Positions 18,085 through 29,100 of a stretch of DNA of 64,000 nucleotides are shown piece by piece. How positions within the stretch are numbered: position 1 is the stretch's first letter; every line of letters starts with the position of its first letter. Position numbers and translations under genes: made by a program. This DNA is from Alphaproteobacteria bacterium (GTDB lineage: Bacteria; Pseudomonadota; Alphaproteobacteria; UBA2966): NCBI GenBank assembly GCA_018654745.1, contig JABILA010000092.1, forward strand, positions 1,729 through 65,728, in the 5' to 3' direction. A model generated the notes under the pieces. The model saw only the letters and a list, made by a program, of their open reading frames with translations, was not told the DNA's origin and searched no databases.

Positions 18085-19242
18085 TTAGCGATCTGTTTTT
18101 CCGATCCTCAATTCACCCCGGTCCCAGTTGCGAGACAGTGCAATAATAATAACAAATCCTGTGCCTGACATTGCAGCCATGGCATAGAAAGCCTCCCCTC
18201 CAAACATGCTGTAGAGGATACCAGCGGAAGGCATGGCAATCGCAAAAATCAACCCAAGTGAAACGGAGGAATACAAGCTCTGGGCACTTGCCGACAGCCC
18301 GGCCGGTATAGCCTTTGCAAGAAAGAACATTGCACCCAGATGGGCAGCACCAAAGGTAATTCCATGCAGGGCCTGCAGGAAGAATAGAAAGCCAAGGTTG
18401 TCGGCCGAACCGGTAAATGTCCAGCGAAGAACCCCTGCCCCGGCACCAAGCAAGAGCAATCCGACAGGGTCAATTTTTTTCAAGGTCACCGTGGCGAAGG
18501 CAAACAGAATAATTTCGGCAACGACACCAATTGCCCAGAGATAACCAATAATCTCTCTGCTGATTCCAATGGATTGCCAGTAAATTGTGCTGAAACCATA
18601 GAACATCACATGCGATCCCTGGGCCAGACCAGCACCCAGCAAAAACATCCAGAATACCGTGTTGCGTAACAAGGGGAGCAAAGGTTGGGACTTCGTGTGA
18701 ACGGTTTTTTTGCTCACTTTGGGTAGCAGGAAAGCAGAGGCCAGGATCAACGCCGTCGTACCAAAGACCAGCCACAAAATCCAGTCTTCATCTCTGCCAT
18801 GCAACCACATCCCACCAAGAATCGCGGCCAATGCATAAGAGACAGATCCCCATAAACGCACTCGCCCATAGTCGACTTGTCCCGTGGCTGAAGCCATCAG
18901 AGTCAGATTGTCGGTCAACGGGCCAATGGGACTGAAAAAGAAGGCCAGCATGATCGTTGCCGCCAGCAAAGCCAGATAGCCTTCGGCAACAAAAAAAACA
19001 CCGACTGACAACAGGCTGAACAGAGAAAGCAACAATATGGCTCGCTGGCGATTGCCGTTGCGATCTACCAGACGCGCAATAATCGGACTACCAATTATTT
19101 TAAGAATCGTACCGCTGCCCAGCAACAGGCCGATATCCCCGGCACTCAGCCCTTTGCTTTGCAGCCATACCGGCCAAAAAGGCACAAAAACGCCGATGGA
19201 CAAAAACAGAAAGCCATAAAATACTGAAAGTCGCGCCGTCAA
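18085..19242 (-). CDS. MFS transporter (HcaT/YegT-like)
   Basis: 12-TM hydropathy pattern, YGRVRLWGS, WAIGVVAEI, ALHGITFG; TTG start. Confidence 0.85.
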   Translation of the reverse strand: MTARLSVFYGFLFLSIGVFVPFWPVWLQSKGLSAGDIGLLLGSGTILKIIGSPIIARLVDRNGNRQRAILLLSLFSLLSVGVFFVAEGYLALLAATIMLAFFFSPIGPLTDNLTLMASATGQVDYGRVRLWGSVSYALAAILGGMWLHGRDEDWILWLVFGTTALILASAFLLPKVSKKTVHTKSQPLLPLLRNTVFWMFLLGAGLAQGSHVMFYGFSTIYWQSIGISREIIGYLWAIGVVAEIILFAFATVTLKKIDPVGLLLLGAGAGVLRWTFTGSADNLGFLFFLQALHGITFGAAHLGAMFFLAKAIPAGLSASAQSLYSSVSLGLIFAIAMPSAGILYSMFGGEAFYAMAAMSGTGFVIIIALSRNWDRGELRIGKTDR

Positions 19243-19310
19243 TTCTGCCCCCGAAAATGTAATGAGGTTGTCTTTGGACGAAGTCTCCAGATATCGCAGG
19301 AACAGAAAAC

Positions 19311-19384
19311 TGGAGCGGGCGAAGAGAATCGAACTCTCGTCTTAAGCTTGGGAAGCTCCTGCTCTACCATTGAGCTACGCCCGC
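19311..19384 (-). tRNA. tRNA-Gly (CCC)
   Basis: GCGGGCGTAGCTCAATGGTAGAGCAGGAGCTTCCCAAGCTTAAGACGAGAGTTCGATTCTCTTCGCCCGCTCCA: cloverleaf, CCC anticodon, TTCGA loop, encoded CCA. Confidence 0.97.
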
Positions 19385-19464
19385 CTGCCTGACACGACAT
19401 ATTCTTAATGCCTGTAATCAATGTTCAATTAAAGCCCGGCAGAGAAATTGTCCAGATGCGAGGG

Positions 19465-19854
19465 TCAGGAATTTCCCATCAAATCTGTGAGTGCGTGCTG
19501 CAGTTGGCTCATGGTAAAGGGCTTTTCCAATAGAGGTACGACCAGGCCACTGGCTTCATTACCTGATCGAAATTCATCGGGATAGCCTGAAACCAGGAGA
19601 ACCAGGGGCGAGCCTTCTTTAGCGGATAGTTCTCTGGCGAGGTCATACCCACTTCTTCCACCTGGCATAACGACATCACTCAGTAGGATATCAATATCAG
19701 AACGGGACCCCAGGATTTCGAGAGCTTCTGCGCCGTCTCGCGCTTCGAGAACAGTCCAACCAAGCTTCTTTAACATCATACAAGTGGTTACCCGAACATC
19801 GGGATTGTCTTCTGTTACAAGGATGAGGCCATTTACATTACCAATATCGTTCAT
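19465..19854 (-). CDS. Single-domain response regulator (receiver)
   Basis: LVTEDN, phospho-acceptor in LLSDVVMPGG, LVSGY, LEKPF. Likely start 19854. Confidence 0.85.
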   Translation of the reverse strand: MNDIGNVNGLILVTEDNPDVRVTTCMMLKKLGWTVLEARDGAEALEILGSRSDIDILLSDVVMPGGRSGYDLARELSAKEGSPLVLLVSGYPDEFRSGNEASGLVVPLLEKPFTMSQLQHALTDLMGNS

Positions 19855-20106
19855 ATTTCCTGCATCTTCCAAATTGTGCGTCTTGTTACAATTTTGTCGC
19901 AGCACGCCGCGATATAGTCTTCGGCAAGATCAGTAAAATGATTGTAGCTTTTTCGGACACCTAATATCAATCACCGCGTTTTTGCCCCGGTTTTCCCTCC
20001 TCTCATTACTTCACACCTTGGTGATAAACCCGCGCGCGTGTTGACTTTAACCAACTTCAAACTGATTTTACATAATAACAAGATTCAAGTATGAACCGGA
20101 GTTTGA

Positions 20107-21057
20107 ATGTCTTTAACCGCTGAAGTGTTGCGACCGACACCGAACAAGTTTTCCGATCCCGAGACAACGGCCAAAGGTGAAAAGAGGGCCATTGTTTCCA
20201 TGAAGGCATTGGAAACTCTTTGGTTTAACACCGGTACGATTTGCAATCTGGCTTGCTCACATTGTTATATTGAATCCAGCCCCGAAAATGATGACCTGAT
20301 TTATCTACGAACTGAAGAAGTCGTCCGCTATCTGGATGAGTTGGAAGAGTTGGATGCTGGGCAGATCGAAATAGGATTTACCGGCGGTGAGCCTTTCATG
20401 AATCCGTCTTTCCCCGAGATGTTGGAGGCATGCCTGCAACGTGGGCATCGTGTTCTGGTATTAACCAATGCGATGCGACCGATGATGAAACAGTCTGATC
20501 ATTTACAGAACTTGCAGCGACGTTGGGGAGAACAGTTGACGCTGCGTATTTCGCTGGACCATTACACACAGTCTTTGCACGACGAAGAACGCGGTGAATT
20601 CGCCTGGCAGAAAACCATGCCTGGTGTTCAATGGCTGGTGGAGCGCGGTTTCAGTTTGCAAGTCGCGGGTCGAACATGCTGGCCGGAAAGCGAAGAAGAA
20701 ATCCGTCAGGGTTTTGCCAATCTGTTTGAACAGCTTGATCTGCAACTGGATGCCGATAACCCTGCCCACCTTGTGCTGTTTCCTGAAATGGACGAAGGCC
20801 GCGACGTACCAGAAATTACGGACGCTTGCTGGGGTATCCTGGATGTTTCACCAGACAACATGATGTGCGCTACATCACGTATGATTGTACATCGCAAAGG
20901 TGAACCAGAAGCCAGAATTGCGGCCTGCACGCTGTTGCCTTATGACCCTCAGTTTGACCTTGGCTCTTCTCTTGGCCGGGCTAATACTTCAGTCAGCTTA
21001 AACCATCCTTTCTGCTCGGAATTTTGTGTTCTTGGCGGAGCATCCTGCAGTGCCTGA
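20107..21057 (+). CDS. Radical SAM protein with Cys-rich C-terminus
   Basis: CNLACSHC (CxxxCxxC), FTGGEPF, VLTNA, RISLD; extra Cys in CWGIL, MMCATSR, AACTL, PFCSEFCVLGGASCS. Confidence 0.88.
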   Translation: MSLTAEVLRPTPNKFSDPETTAKGEKRAIVSMKALETLWFNTGTICNLACSHCYIESSPENDDLIYLRTEEVVRYLDELEELDAGQIEIGFTGGEPFMNPSFPEMLEACLQRGHRVLVLTNAMRPMMKQSDHLQNLQRRWGEQLTLRISLDHYTQSLHDEERGEFAWQKTMPGVQWLVERGFSLQVAGRTCWPESEEEIRQGFANLFEQLDLQLDADNPAHLVLFPEMDEGRDVPEITDACWGILDVSPDNMMCATSRMIVHRKGEPEARIAACTLLPYDPQFDLGSSLGRANTSVSLNHPFCSEFCVLGGASCSA

Positions 21058-21934
21058 TAAAGCGGCGGGAAAAACGTCGGTCCTCAACCTGGGAGAAATC
21101 AACGAACCAATCCTGGTCTTTGGTGGTCCCTACAGCAATTTGCAGGCAACCGCAGCCATGATGCAATGTGCCCGTGACCTCGGCATACCGCCCGGGCGGA
21201 TCATATGCACTGGCGACATTGTTGCCTATTGTGGAAATCCTGAAGATACCACAGACATTGTTCGCAACGCTGGCATTCATGTTGTTCAGGGTAATTGTGA
21301 AATCTCTTTTGGCAATGATGCCGACAGCTGCGGCTGCGGTTTTGATGCAGGAACGACGTGCGATCGATTATCAGTGCAATGGTACGACTTTGCAAAACAA
21401 CGATTGAGCCGTGAAGCTGCAACCTGGATGTCTGCATTGCCAACACAAATCCGATTTCAGATGGGTGGTAAGAGCCTTGCTGTCGTGCATGGTGCACCTT
21501 CATCAGTCAATCAGTTTATTTTTCCATCCACCCCGGTTGAACCCAAACTTTCCGAGATTTCAGCGACTGGTTGCGATGGCATCATTTGTGGACATTCGGG
21601 TTTGCCCTTCACCCAGATAATTGATGGTTTGCTTTGGCACAATGCCGGAGCGATCGGACTGCCAGCAAACGATGGTACCCGCCGAACCTGGTTCAGCGTG
21701 ATCACGCCTGATGAACAGGGATTACGATTTGAGCATTTGCCTCTCGAATATGACGCTGAGGGTGCTTCAGACGAAATGTTAGCGGTGGGGTTGCCAAATG
21801 AATATGCGAACGCGCTGACCAGCGGATGGTGGGACAATTGCGATATTCTCCCAGACGAAGAAACAAAACAGCAAGGTATTCCTTTGTCATTTGAGTCAAC
21901 TTACTGGTCTTCATTGCGCCACACAGCAGAATAG
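21050..21934 (+). CDS. Calcineurin-like metallophosphoesterase with altered metal motifs
   Basis: VFGGPYSN, CTGDIVAY, QGNCE, VVHG, CGHSG, NAGAIG. Likely GTG start at 21050 with GGAG RBS, overlapping the rSAM stop. Confidence 0.8.
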   Translation: MPDKAAGKTSVLNLGEINEPILVFGGPYSNLQATAAMMQCARDLGIPPGRIICTGDIVAYCGNPEDTTDIVRNAGIHVVQGNCEISFGNDADSCGCGFDAGTTCDRLSVQWYDFAKQRLSREAATWMSALPTQIRFQMGGKSLAVVHGAPSSVNQFIFPSTPVEPKLSEISATGCDGIICGHSGLPFTQIIDGLLWHNAGAIGLPANDGTRRTWFSVITPDEQGLRFEHLPLEYDAEGASDEMLAVGLPNEYANALTSGWWDNCDILPDEETKQQGIPLSFESTYWSSLRHTAE

Positions 21935-21950
21935 TCAGGTCAGCTGCGGC

Positions 21951-21979
21951 TTGACCGAAACCGGCACGGGGTATATATC
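21951..21979 (+). promoter_or_regulatory. Candidate sigma70 promoter upstream of the riboswitch
   Basis: TTGACC-N17-TATATC immediately 5' of the SAM-II aptamer. Confidence 0.45.
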
Positions 21980-21984
21980 TCGAA

Positions 21985-22050
21985 CTTCGTCGTGGTGATT
22001 TGAGCCGGCCGGCTTGCAGCCACGTTAATCATATAGCTAAAAGGTCGGGG
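21985..22050 (+). ncRNA. SAM-II (SAM-alpha) riboswitch
   Basis: CGTGGTGATTTGAGCCGGCCGGCTTGCAGCCACGTTAATCATATAGCTAAA: P1 CGTGG/CCACG with the conserved GATTT, TGCA and GCTAAA pseudoknot elements; upstream of a methionine biosynthesis gene. Confidence 0.88.
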
Positions 22051-22055
22051 CGAAT

Positions 22056-22089
22056 AAAACCCTGGCTATCCTGGCCGGGGATTTTTTTT
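22056..22089 (+). terminator. Intrinsic terminator in the metZ leader (riboswitch expression platform)
   Basis: CCCTGGC-TATCCTG-GCCGGGG stem followed by ATTTTTTTT, between the aptamer and the metZ start. Confidence 0.75.
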
Positions 22090-22125
22090 GCTCCCTGGTC
22101 TTGAGATATCGTAGAGGACCGGACT

Positions 22126-23340
22126 GTGAGCAACAAAGTAGATCAGAAGACCTGGCGAAGTGCTACCAAAGCCGTTCGAGGTGCAACCATGCGCAGCGGA
22201 TTTGGCGAAACCAGCGAAGCCATATTCATGACATCAGGTTATGTCTATGACACGGCGGAAGCCGCGGAAGCCCGATTTAAAGGTGAAGAAGAAGGCTTCA
22301 TCTATTCCAGATATGCCAATCCTACCGTTGCTATGTTTGAACAACGCATGGCCTTGCTTGAAGGTGCAGAAGCCGCAGCCGCGACAGCCAGTGGCATGGC
22401 AGCAATCAATGCCGCGTTGCTCAGCCAGGTAGCTGGCGGCGACAGGGTTGTCGCTTCTCGCGCATTATTTGGCTCTTCACTCTATATACTTGAGGACATG
22501 CTGCCTGGCTTTGGAGTCGATGTCACTATTGTAGATGGCACGGATATCGACCAATGGCGTACAGCTCTGGCACCGGGTGCCAAATGCGTTTTGATGGAAA
22601 CCCCTGCCAATCCCACGCTGGAAGTGATCGACATAGCCGCCGTAAGTGAACTTGCTCACATGGCCGGTGCCAAAGTAATCGTCGACAACGCATTTGCCAC
22701 GCCCGTTTTGCAACATCCGCTGGAACTTGGTGCAGACATTGTCATGTATTCCGCAACCAAACATATAGACGGGCACGGTCGCTGTATGGGTGGCGTTGTT
22801 CTCGGTACCGAGGAGTTTATTACCGAGACCATCGGCCCTTTTATGAAACATACCGGCCCCAGCCTGAGCCCTTTTAATGCCTGGGTCATGTTGAAGGGAC
22901 TTGAGAGCCTGGACTTGCGTGTTCACAAACAAACTGAAAATGCAGCCAAAGTTGCGCGTTTTCTGGCTGATCATGGACAAACCGGACAGGTTTTGTATCC
23001 GTCGCACGCCGATCATCCACAGCACGAAATCGCCATGAAACAAATGTCGGAAGGGGGCAACATGATTGCCTTTGAACTTCTGGATAGTGCCGGGAAGCAA
23101 ACCAAGGAAGCTGCATTTGCATTCCTTAATGCATTGAATTTGGTTGATATTTCGAACAATCTAGGGGATTCAAAAAGCCTGATAACCCACCCCGAAACGA
23201 CAACGCACCAGCGCCTGACGCCGGAAGCCCGTGAAGTATTGGGGATCGGGTCCGGACTGGTCAGGTTGTCTGTAGGACTGGAAGATCCCGACGATTTGAT
23301 CGAAGATATGGGCGCTGCGCTAGAGCAAACAAAAGACTGA
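22126..23340 (+). CDS. metZ: O-succinylhomoserine sulfhydrylase
   Basis: YSRYANPT, TASGMAA, ETPANP, VDNAFATP, PLP lysine in YSATKH, SNNLGDSKSL; GTG start with AGGA RBS. Confidence 0.93.
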   Translation: MSNKVDQKTWRSATKAVRGATMRSGFGETSEAIFMTSGYVYDTAEAAEARFKGEEEGFIYSRYANPTVAMFEQRMALLEGAEAAAATASGMAAINAALLSQVAGGDRVVASRALFGSSLYILEDMLPGFGVDVTIVDGTDIDQWRTALAPGAKCVLMETPANPTLEVIDIAAVSELAHMAGAKVIVDNAFATPVLQHPLELGADIVMYSATKHIDGHGRCMGGVVLGTEEFITETIGPFMKHTGPSLSPFNAWVMLKGLESLDLRVHKQTENAAKVARFLADHGQTGQVLYPSHADHPQHEIAMKQMSEGGNMIAFELLDSAGKQTKEAAFAFLNALNLVDISNNLGDSKSLITHPETTTHQRLTPEAREVLGIGSGLVRLSVGLEDPDDLIEDMGAALEQTKD

Positions 23341-23498
23341 CAAAGCCTTGCGGATCGGCCTTGAAATTGCTGGTTGGACTGGACTTATGGACCAGGAAGC
23401 ACGATATAGTTTCGAGGTTGTTGCAAATGAATAGCAATTGCCGACATTCATACTTCCGGGATATCCTGATTTAGCGTTTGAACGAAAAAAAAGCGACA

Positions 23499-23891
23499 AT
23501 GTACAGCCAGACAACAAATTCAATCCAGGTAACGGTCGAACCAACCTATCTGGACGATCAATCCAGCCCTGACGAAGATCATTACGTCTGGGCCTATTCG
23601 GTTCGCATTGAGAATCAGGGACCGAAGATCGTTCAACTGAAAAACCGTTATTGGCATATTACCGATGCCCGCGGTCACATTCAGGAAGTCCGTGGTCCGG
23701 GTGTTATTGGCGAGCAACCGGTTTTGAAGCCGGGTGAATCCTTTGAATATACGAGTGGTACACCTTTGGGTACGCCGTCGGGTATCATGTTGGGTACCTA
23801 TGAGATGACAACTGACGACGGCGAACAATTTGATGTGGATGTTCCGGCATTTTCTCTGGACAGCCCGTTTCAGCAACGCTCACTTCATTAG
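23499..23891 (+). CDS. apaG: ApaG domain protein
   Basis: [36 protein letters not shown]. Likely start ATG 23499. Confidence 0.93.
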   Translation: MYSQTTNSIQVTVEPTYLDDQSSPDEDHYVWAYSVRIENQGPKIVQLKNRYWHITDARGHIQEVRGPGVIGEQPVLKPGESFEYTSGTPLGTPSGIMLGTYEMTTDDGEQFDVDVPAFSLDSPFQQRSLH

Positions 23892-23902
23892 GGGATCAGG
23901 CT

Positions 23903-24529
23903 ATGAATTATCAGGGACCGGAAGGCTCAGTTGCTGATACTGGAAAACCCAGCCGTGAAGAAGCTGAAGATGCTATCCGCACCCTGATTAGATGGGCCGG
24001 AGACGATCCCTCTCGCGAAGGTTTGCTGGGAACACCTGACAGGGTTGCCCGCGCCTACGAAGAACATTTCGCCGGATATAGTGACGACCCCGTCGCCTAT
24101 CTGCAGCGCACGTTTGAAGAAGTCGAAGGCTATGACGAAATGGTCGTGCTGCGCGACATTCGTTTCGAATCCCACTGCGAACATCATATGTTACCTATCA
24201 TAGGCCACGCCCATATTGCCTATTTACCCAACAAACGTGTCGTCGGCATCAGCAAGCTCGCGCGCCTGGTGGAAGTGTTTGGCAAGAGACTGCAAATTCA
24301 GGAAAAACTGACAGCTCAGATTGGTGGCTCCCTGAACGAAGTTTTGGCGCCGAAGGGTGTTGGTGTTGTCATTGAGGCTACACACCAGTGTATGACAACC
24401 CGAGGAGTGCGCAAACCTGGTGTGTCCATGGTAACCAGCACGATGTTGGGTGCTTTCCGGGATGATCCCATGACACGGCGGGAATTCCTGGCAATCATCA
24501 ACAGCCCATCGAATTTCGCCAACGTTTAA
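23903..24529 (+). CDS. folE: GTP cyclohydrolase I
   Basis: [40 protein letters not shown]. Confidence 0.96.
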   Translation: MNYQGPEGSVADTGKPSREEAEDAIRTLIRWAGDDPSREGLLGTPDRVARAYEEHFAGYSDDPVAYLQRTFEEVEGYDEMVVLRDIRFESHCEHHMLPIIGHAHIAYLPNKRVVGISKLARLVEVFGKRLQIQEKLTAQIGGSLNEVLAPKGVGVVIEATHQCMTTRGVRKPGVSMVTSTMLGAFRDDPMTRREFLAIINSPSNFANV

Positions 24530-24650
24530 GGTCTGCGGCGTTTCGCCTCTGCGAACGTCTCGGCAATAACAACAATCAGCACATGGACAATCCAGGCCGG
24601 GACAACGATAATCCGCCCAACAAATGACCTGGAATGAACAAATATCGTGA

Positions 24651-26108
24651 TTGAATCCGGTGATTGAATTTCGCCCCATCTTTTTTGTTATCGGCATCCT
24701 GCTGTCCATGCTGGGTATGGCGATGCTGGTCCCCGCCATTGCGGATGCTGCAACCGACAATCCGGATTGGGCTGTTTTCCTGGCTTCAGCATTTGTGACA
24801 TTGTTTGTCGGTGGCACCCTGATCCTGACAACCAGAGCCAAATTCAGCAATCTTGTCGTCAGACAAGCCTTTATTCTGACGACTGCAGCGTGGGTCGCGC
24901 TGGCAGCATTTGGGGCATTGCCCTTCGCCTTTTCGAATCTTGGCCTGAGTTATACTGACGCTTTTTTTGAAGCCATGTCGGGCATTACAACGACGGGCTC
25001 CACCGTCATTACCGGTCTGGATACGGCCCCTCCCGGCATCCTGCTTTGGCGGGCGCTGCTGCAATGGCTGGGCGGCATTGGTATCATCGTGATGGCGATA
25101 TCAATTTTGCCACTGCTGCAGGTCGGTGGAATGCAACTGTTCCGCATGGAATCTTCAGACAGTTCAGACAAGGCATTTCCCAGAGTCGCACAAATTTCGG
25201 CAGCCACGGCGATCATCTATACAATTCTGACACTGGTTTGTGCCGTAGCTATGTGGGGTGCAGGCATGACACCATTTGAGGCAGCAGCCCACAGCATGAC
25301 GACAATCGCAACGGGAGGTTTTTCAACGTCAGATGCGTCCATTGGACATTTTGACAGCGCCTTGATGGACTGGATTGTGATCGTCTTTATGATCCTGGGT
25401 AGCCTGCCCTTTGTCTTGTATTTTGCCATGATCCGCGGCAACCCGCGTGCTCTTGTGCGAGATACGCAAGTGCAGTGGTTTTTAATCACAGTTGCCGTTT
25501 CAATCCTGTTGGTTGCGTTCTGGCTGGTGTCCAAGAACGACATCGAGCTGCTGCGCGCTATCCGTTTGTCGTCATTTAATGTCGTTTCCATTATCACGGG
25601 CACTGGATATGCCAGCGCAGACTACAATGCCTGGGGCTTGCTGCCTGTGACAGCTTTTTTCTTCTTTATGTTTGTCGGTGGCTGTGCCGGATCGACGTCC
25701 TGCGGCATCAAGATTTTTCGTTATCAAATTCTGTTCGCCAACACCCGGGTCCAGTTTCGGCGCATGTGGCAGCCCAACGTCGTATATTCACCGCGCTATA
25801 ATCACAAACCCATACCTGAATCAGTTACTGACGCGGTGATGAGTTTCTTTTTCATGTTCGCGCTGATCTTTGGTGTTCTGGCCCTGGCGCTTAGCCTGAT
25901 CGGCCTTGACTTCGTCACCGCCGTATCAGGTGCCGCAACGGCTATTGCGAATGTTGGACCAGCCCTCGGGCCGACCATCGGACCCTCCGGCACTTTTGCG
26001 CCCTTGCCTGACGCTGCCAAGTGGGTGTTGAGCATCGGCATGCTGTTGGGCCGCCTGGAGTTGTTTACGGTGTTGGTGTTATTCAGCCCGGCGTTCTGGC
26101 GAGCCTGA
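24651..26108 (+). CDS. trkH: Trk potassium uptake membrane protein
   Basis: FFEAMSGITTTGST, QWLGGIG, TIATGGFS, GGCAGSTSCGIK, MLLGRLE. Start may be GTG 24660. Confidence 0.94.
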   Translation: MNPVIEFRPIFFVIGILLSMLGMAMLVPAIADAATDNPDWAVFLASAFVTLFVGGTLILTTRAKFSNLVVRQAFILTTAAWVALAAFGALPFAFSNLGLSYTDAFFEAMSGITTTGSTVITGLDTAPPGILLWRALLQWLGGIGIIVMAISILPLLQVGGMQLFRMESSDSSDKAFPRVAQISAATAIIYTILTLVCAVAMWGAGMTPFEAAAHSMTTIATGGFSTSDASIGHFDSALMDWIVIVFMILGSLPFVLYFAMIRGNPRALVRDTQVQWFLITVAVSILLVAFWLVSKNDIELLRAIRLSSFNVVSIITGTGYASADYNAWGLLPVTAFFFFMFVGGCAGSTSCGIKIFRYQILFANTRVQFRRMWQPNVVYSPRYNHKPIPESVTDAVMSFFFMFALIFGVLALALSLIGLDFVTAVSGAATAIANVGPALGPTIGPSGTFAPLPDAAKWVLSIGMLLGRLELFTVLVLFSPAFWRA

Positions 26109-26111
26109 TGT

Positions 26112-29100
26112 TTATTCTGCTGGCGCAGGCAAGACCGGTTTCCTGATCTTCCCCAATAATTGGCTGCGCAGGTTCGCAATGTCTCCCTGCATGGCCATCA
26201 AAGACGGGACCACAATCAGCACTAACGCCGTTGCCACGCCAAGGCCAAACACCAGGGTTATGGCCATGGGAATGATAAACTGTGCCTGCAAACTTGTTTC
26301 AAACATCAACGGCAACAACCCGCCAATCGTCGTCAATGAGGTCAACAGAACAGCGCGCACCCGGTCTTTCGAGCCTCCGATTATTGCCGTCAAATAATCT
26401 TCACCATCGGCGATGCGTTCTTCGATCGTACTGACAAGAATAATGGAGTTGTTTACCAGAATACCTGCAAGTCCCATCAGGGAAATCAGACTGAGCATGC
26501 TGAGGCTGTAACCCATTATCAGGTGTCCCATGATCGCTCCGACAATGCCGAAAGGAATAATAGCCATGACAACGAAGGGCCGCGTGTAACTGGCGAAAAC
26601 CCATGCCAGCACAATATAGATTGCTCCCAGACCGACGATTGCACCTGTCCGGGCCTCTCCAAGCGTACGGGCCTCTTCTTCGGATTTTCCTTTGAACGTA
26701 TAGTCCACGCCATGACGCCTGGCGATATCGGCCAGGCCGCTGTTCTCAAGTGCCTCTATGGTCTGTGAAGACGTTGTAACGGCTTCATCGACTTCGGCCA
26801 CAACAGAAACTTCCCGTGCGCCGTCTTCCCGTTTGATCCGGGCAAAGCCGCGTGACTCGGAAGTTTCGACGACTTCGGACAATGGGACTTCGACGCCACC
26901 GGGTCCTCTCAAATAGAGGTCGCTCAGGGCACCCCTGCCAATTTCACCGCGAGGTAACTGTACCCTGACCGTTACTTCTTCGTCCCCTCGAGCGAAGCGT
27001 TTTGCGATGTATCCCTGAAAGGCGTCACGGACCTGGCGACCAACATTTTGTGTTGTGAAACCCAGGGCTTTACCGTGAGGTGTCACTTTCAGAATCACTT
27101 CGCTTTTCCCATAGGGCAAATCGTCAATCACATCTGAAATTCCCGGCAGCCTTTTGAGTAATGCCTGGACTTCTTCAGAAGCAGCTTTGAGCGCTTTGGT
27201 GTCGCCATTGGATAGACGGACATCAATTTCTTTACCTGGAGGTCCGACAGATGGCGCTGAAAGAGAAACCCGATCTATGCCAGGGAGTGGCGTGATTTCC
27301 TTGCGCCAAGCTTCAAGAAAATCATTTGTGCGAATGGAGCGTAGATCAGATGCAACCAGTTCAACATGAATGCCACCGAGGTGGTCACCTGATACAGAGC
27401 CAAAGTCAGCGGCCTGGGATTGCCCGATTTTGGCAAAACTGGCCGTAATCAATCCACCCTTGCCATCTGTCACTTTTTGCTCCGCCCGCCGCATGCCTGC
27501 TTCCAGATTTCGGATCATACGTTCGGTTTGAGTTCGTGGTGTTCCCGGGGCGAAAACAACATTGGCAAAAATTGTATCGGCTTCTGGTGTCGGAAAAAAA
27601 TTAAACGGCAAGCGTCCGCCTGCAACAATCCCGATGGAAATGATTAGCATCGACACAGTCGTGGCCAGAGTGACGTATCGATAGTGAACACACAAAGTCA
27701 CAAGACGTTGGAACGGACCTTCCCTGAAGGCCGCAAATCTGTCATCGAACCAGCTGCGAAAACGTCCGGGCGCTTCATCTACGCGCGGCAAAGCCTCTCG
27801 CAAGTGGCCAGGCAATACCAGAAAGCACTCAACCAGACTGGCAACCAGAACGGCAATAACAACAAAGGGGATGGCAGAAATAATCTGACCAATAATGCTC
27901 GAGATCATGAAAATTGGCATAAATGCTGCGATGGTTGTCAGCGACGAACTGAGGACCGGTGCCAACATTCGGACAGCACCGGCTTCTGCGGCTTCAACGG
28001 GTTTCATGCCCCGTGCCCGACGGGTCGCAGCATGTTCACCGACAACGATCGCATCATCAACAATGATACCGAGGGTCATGATCAGGGCGAACAGACTGAT
28101 CATATTGATTGTCTGGCCACTGACAAGCATCACGCCCATTGTCGCAAACAGCGCTGTCGGGATCCCAACGGCTACCCAGAAGGCAAGACGACCGCTGAGG
28201 AACAGGAACAGCACCGCCAACACCAGAACAAGACCACCAGCGCCATTGCGTAAAAGCAGCGAAATACGATCCCTGATCAACTCGGATTGCACATTGTATT
28301 GCATTAATTCCAGGCCCTTAGGCAAAGTAGGCCGGGTGCGTTCGATATATTCATCAACAATTTTAGACTGTTCCAGCGCGTCGGCATCTTCGGCCCGGCT
28401 GATCAGAAGACTGATGGCTTGTTTACCCTGGCGCAAACCTTTGATGCCCCCGTCTTCAAAGGCATCGCTGATAGTAGCGACGTCGCTAAGCAAGACTTTC
28501 TCACCGTTTTCCAGAGATCTGACTTCAATATCCGCGATGGTATCGGCCTGTTTGGCCAGACCAAGGCTACGGATTTGCATTTCAGCATCGCCCTCCAGGG
28601 TCCCCGACGGCATATCCTGGGAACTGGAGGCAATGCGTGCACCAATATCCCCCAGAGAGAGATCAAAGCGTCGCAGTGCCTGGGGCGAAACTTCTACCCA
28701 GACTTCTTCATCTCTGGCACCGGTTAAACTGACCTTCGCAATACCGAGATTCAGCAATTCATCTCGCATTTTCTTGGCCATGACTTTCAAGGAAGCTTCA
28801 GAAAATGGTCCGGATAGTGAAACGCGGGAAATTGTATCGTAGCGCACGACACGGGCAATGACCGGTCGCTCGCTGCCCTCGGGCAGTGTTGTGATACGGG
28901 CAACCGCAGATTCAACATTGGATAATGCCGACTGCATATCTGCGCCATCAACATATTCCAGCACAAGCGTGCCAACTCCTTCGCTGGCGAAGGAAGAGAC
29001 CTTGTTTACAGAATCAAGGAACCTGACTTCCGGTTCGATGGGGGCAATAATATTGCCTTCTACATCTTCCGCCGAAGCACCTGACCACGGGACGGAGATG

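Noticed and set aside
19311-19384. tRNA-Gly as an integration site for a genomic island
   Set aside because: No integrase, no duplicated tRNA 3' end seen, and an ordinary MFS gene lies at its 3' side.
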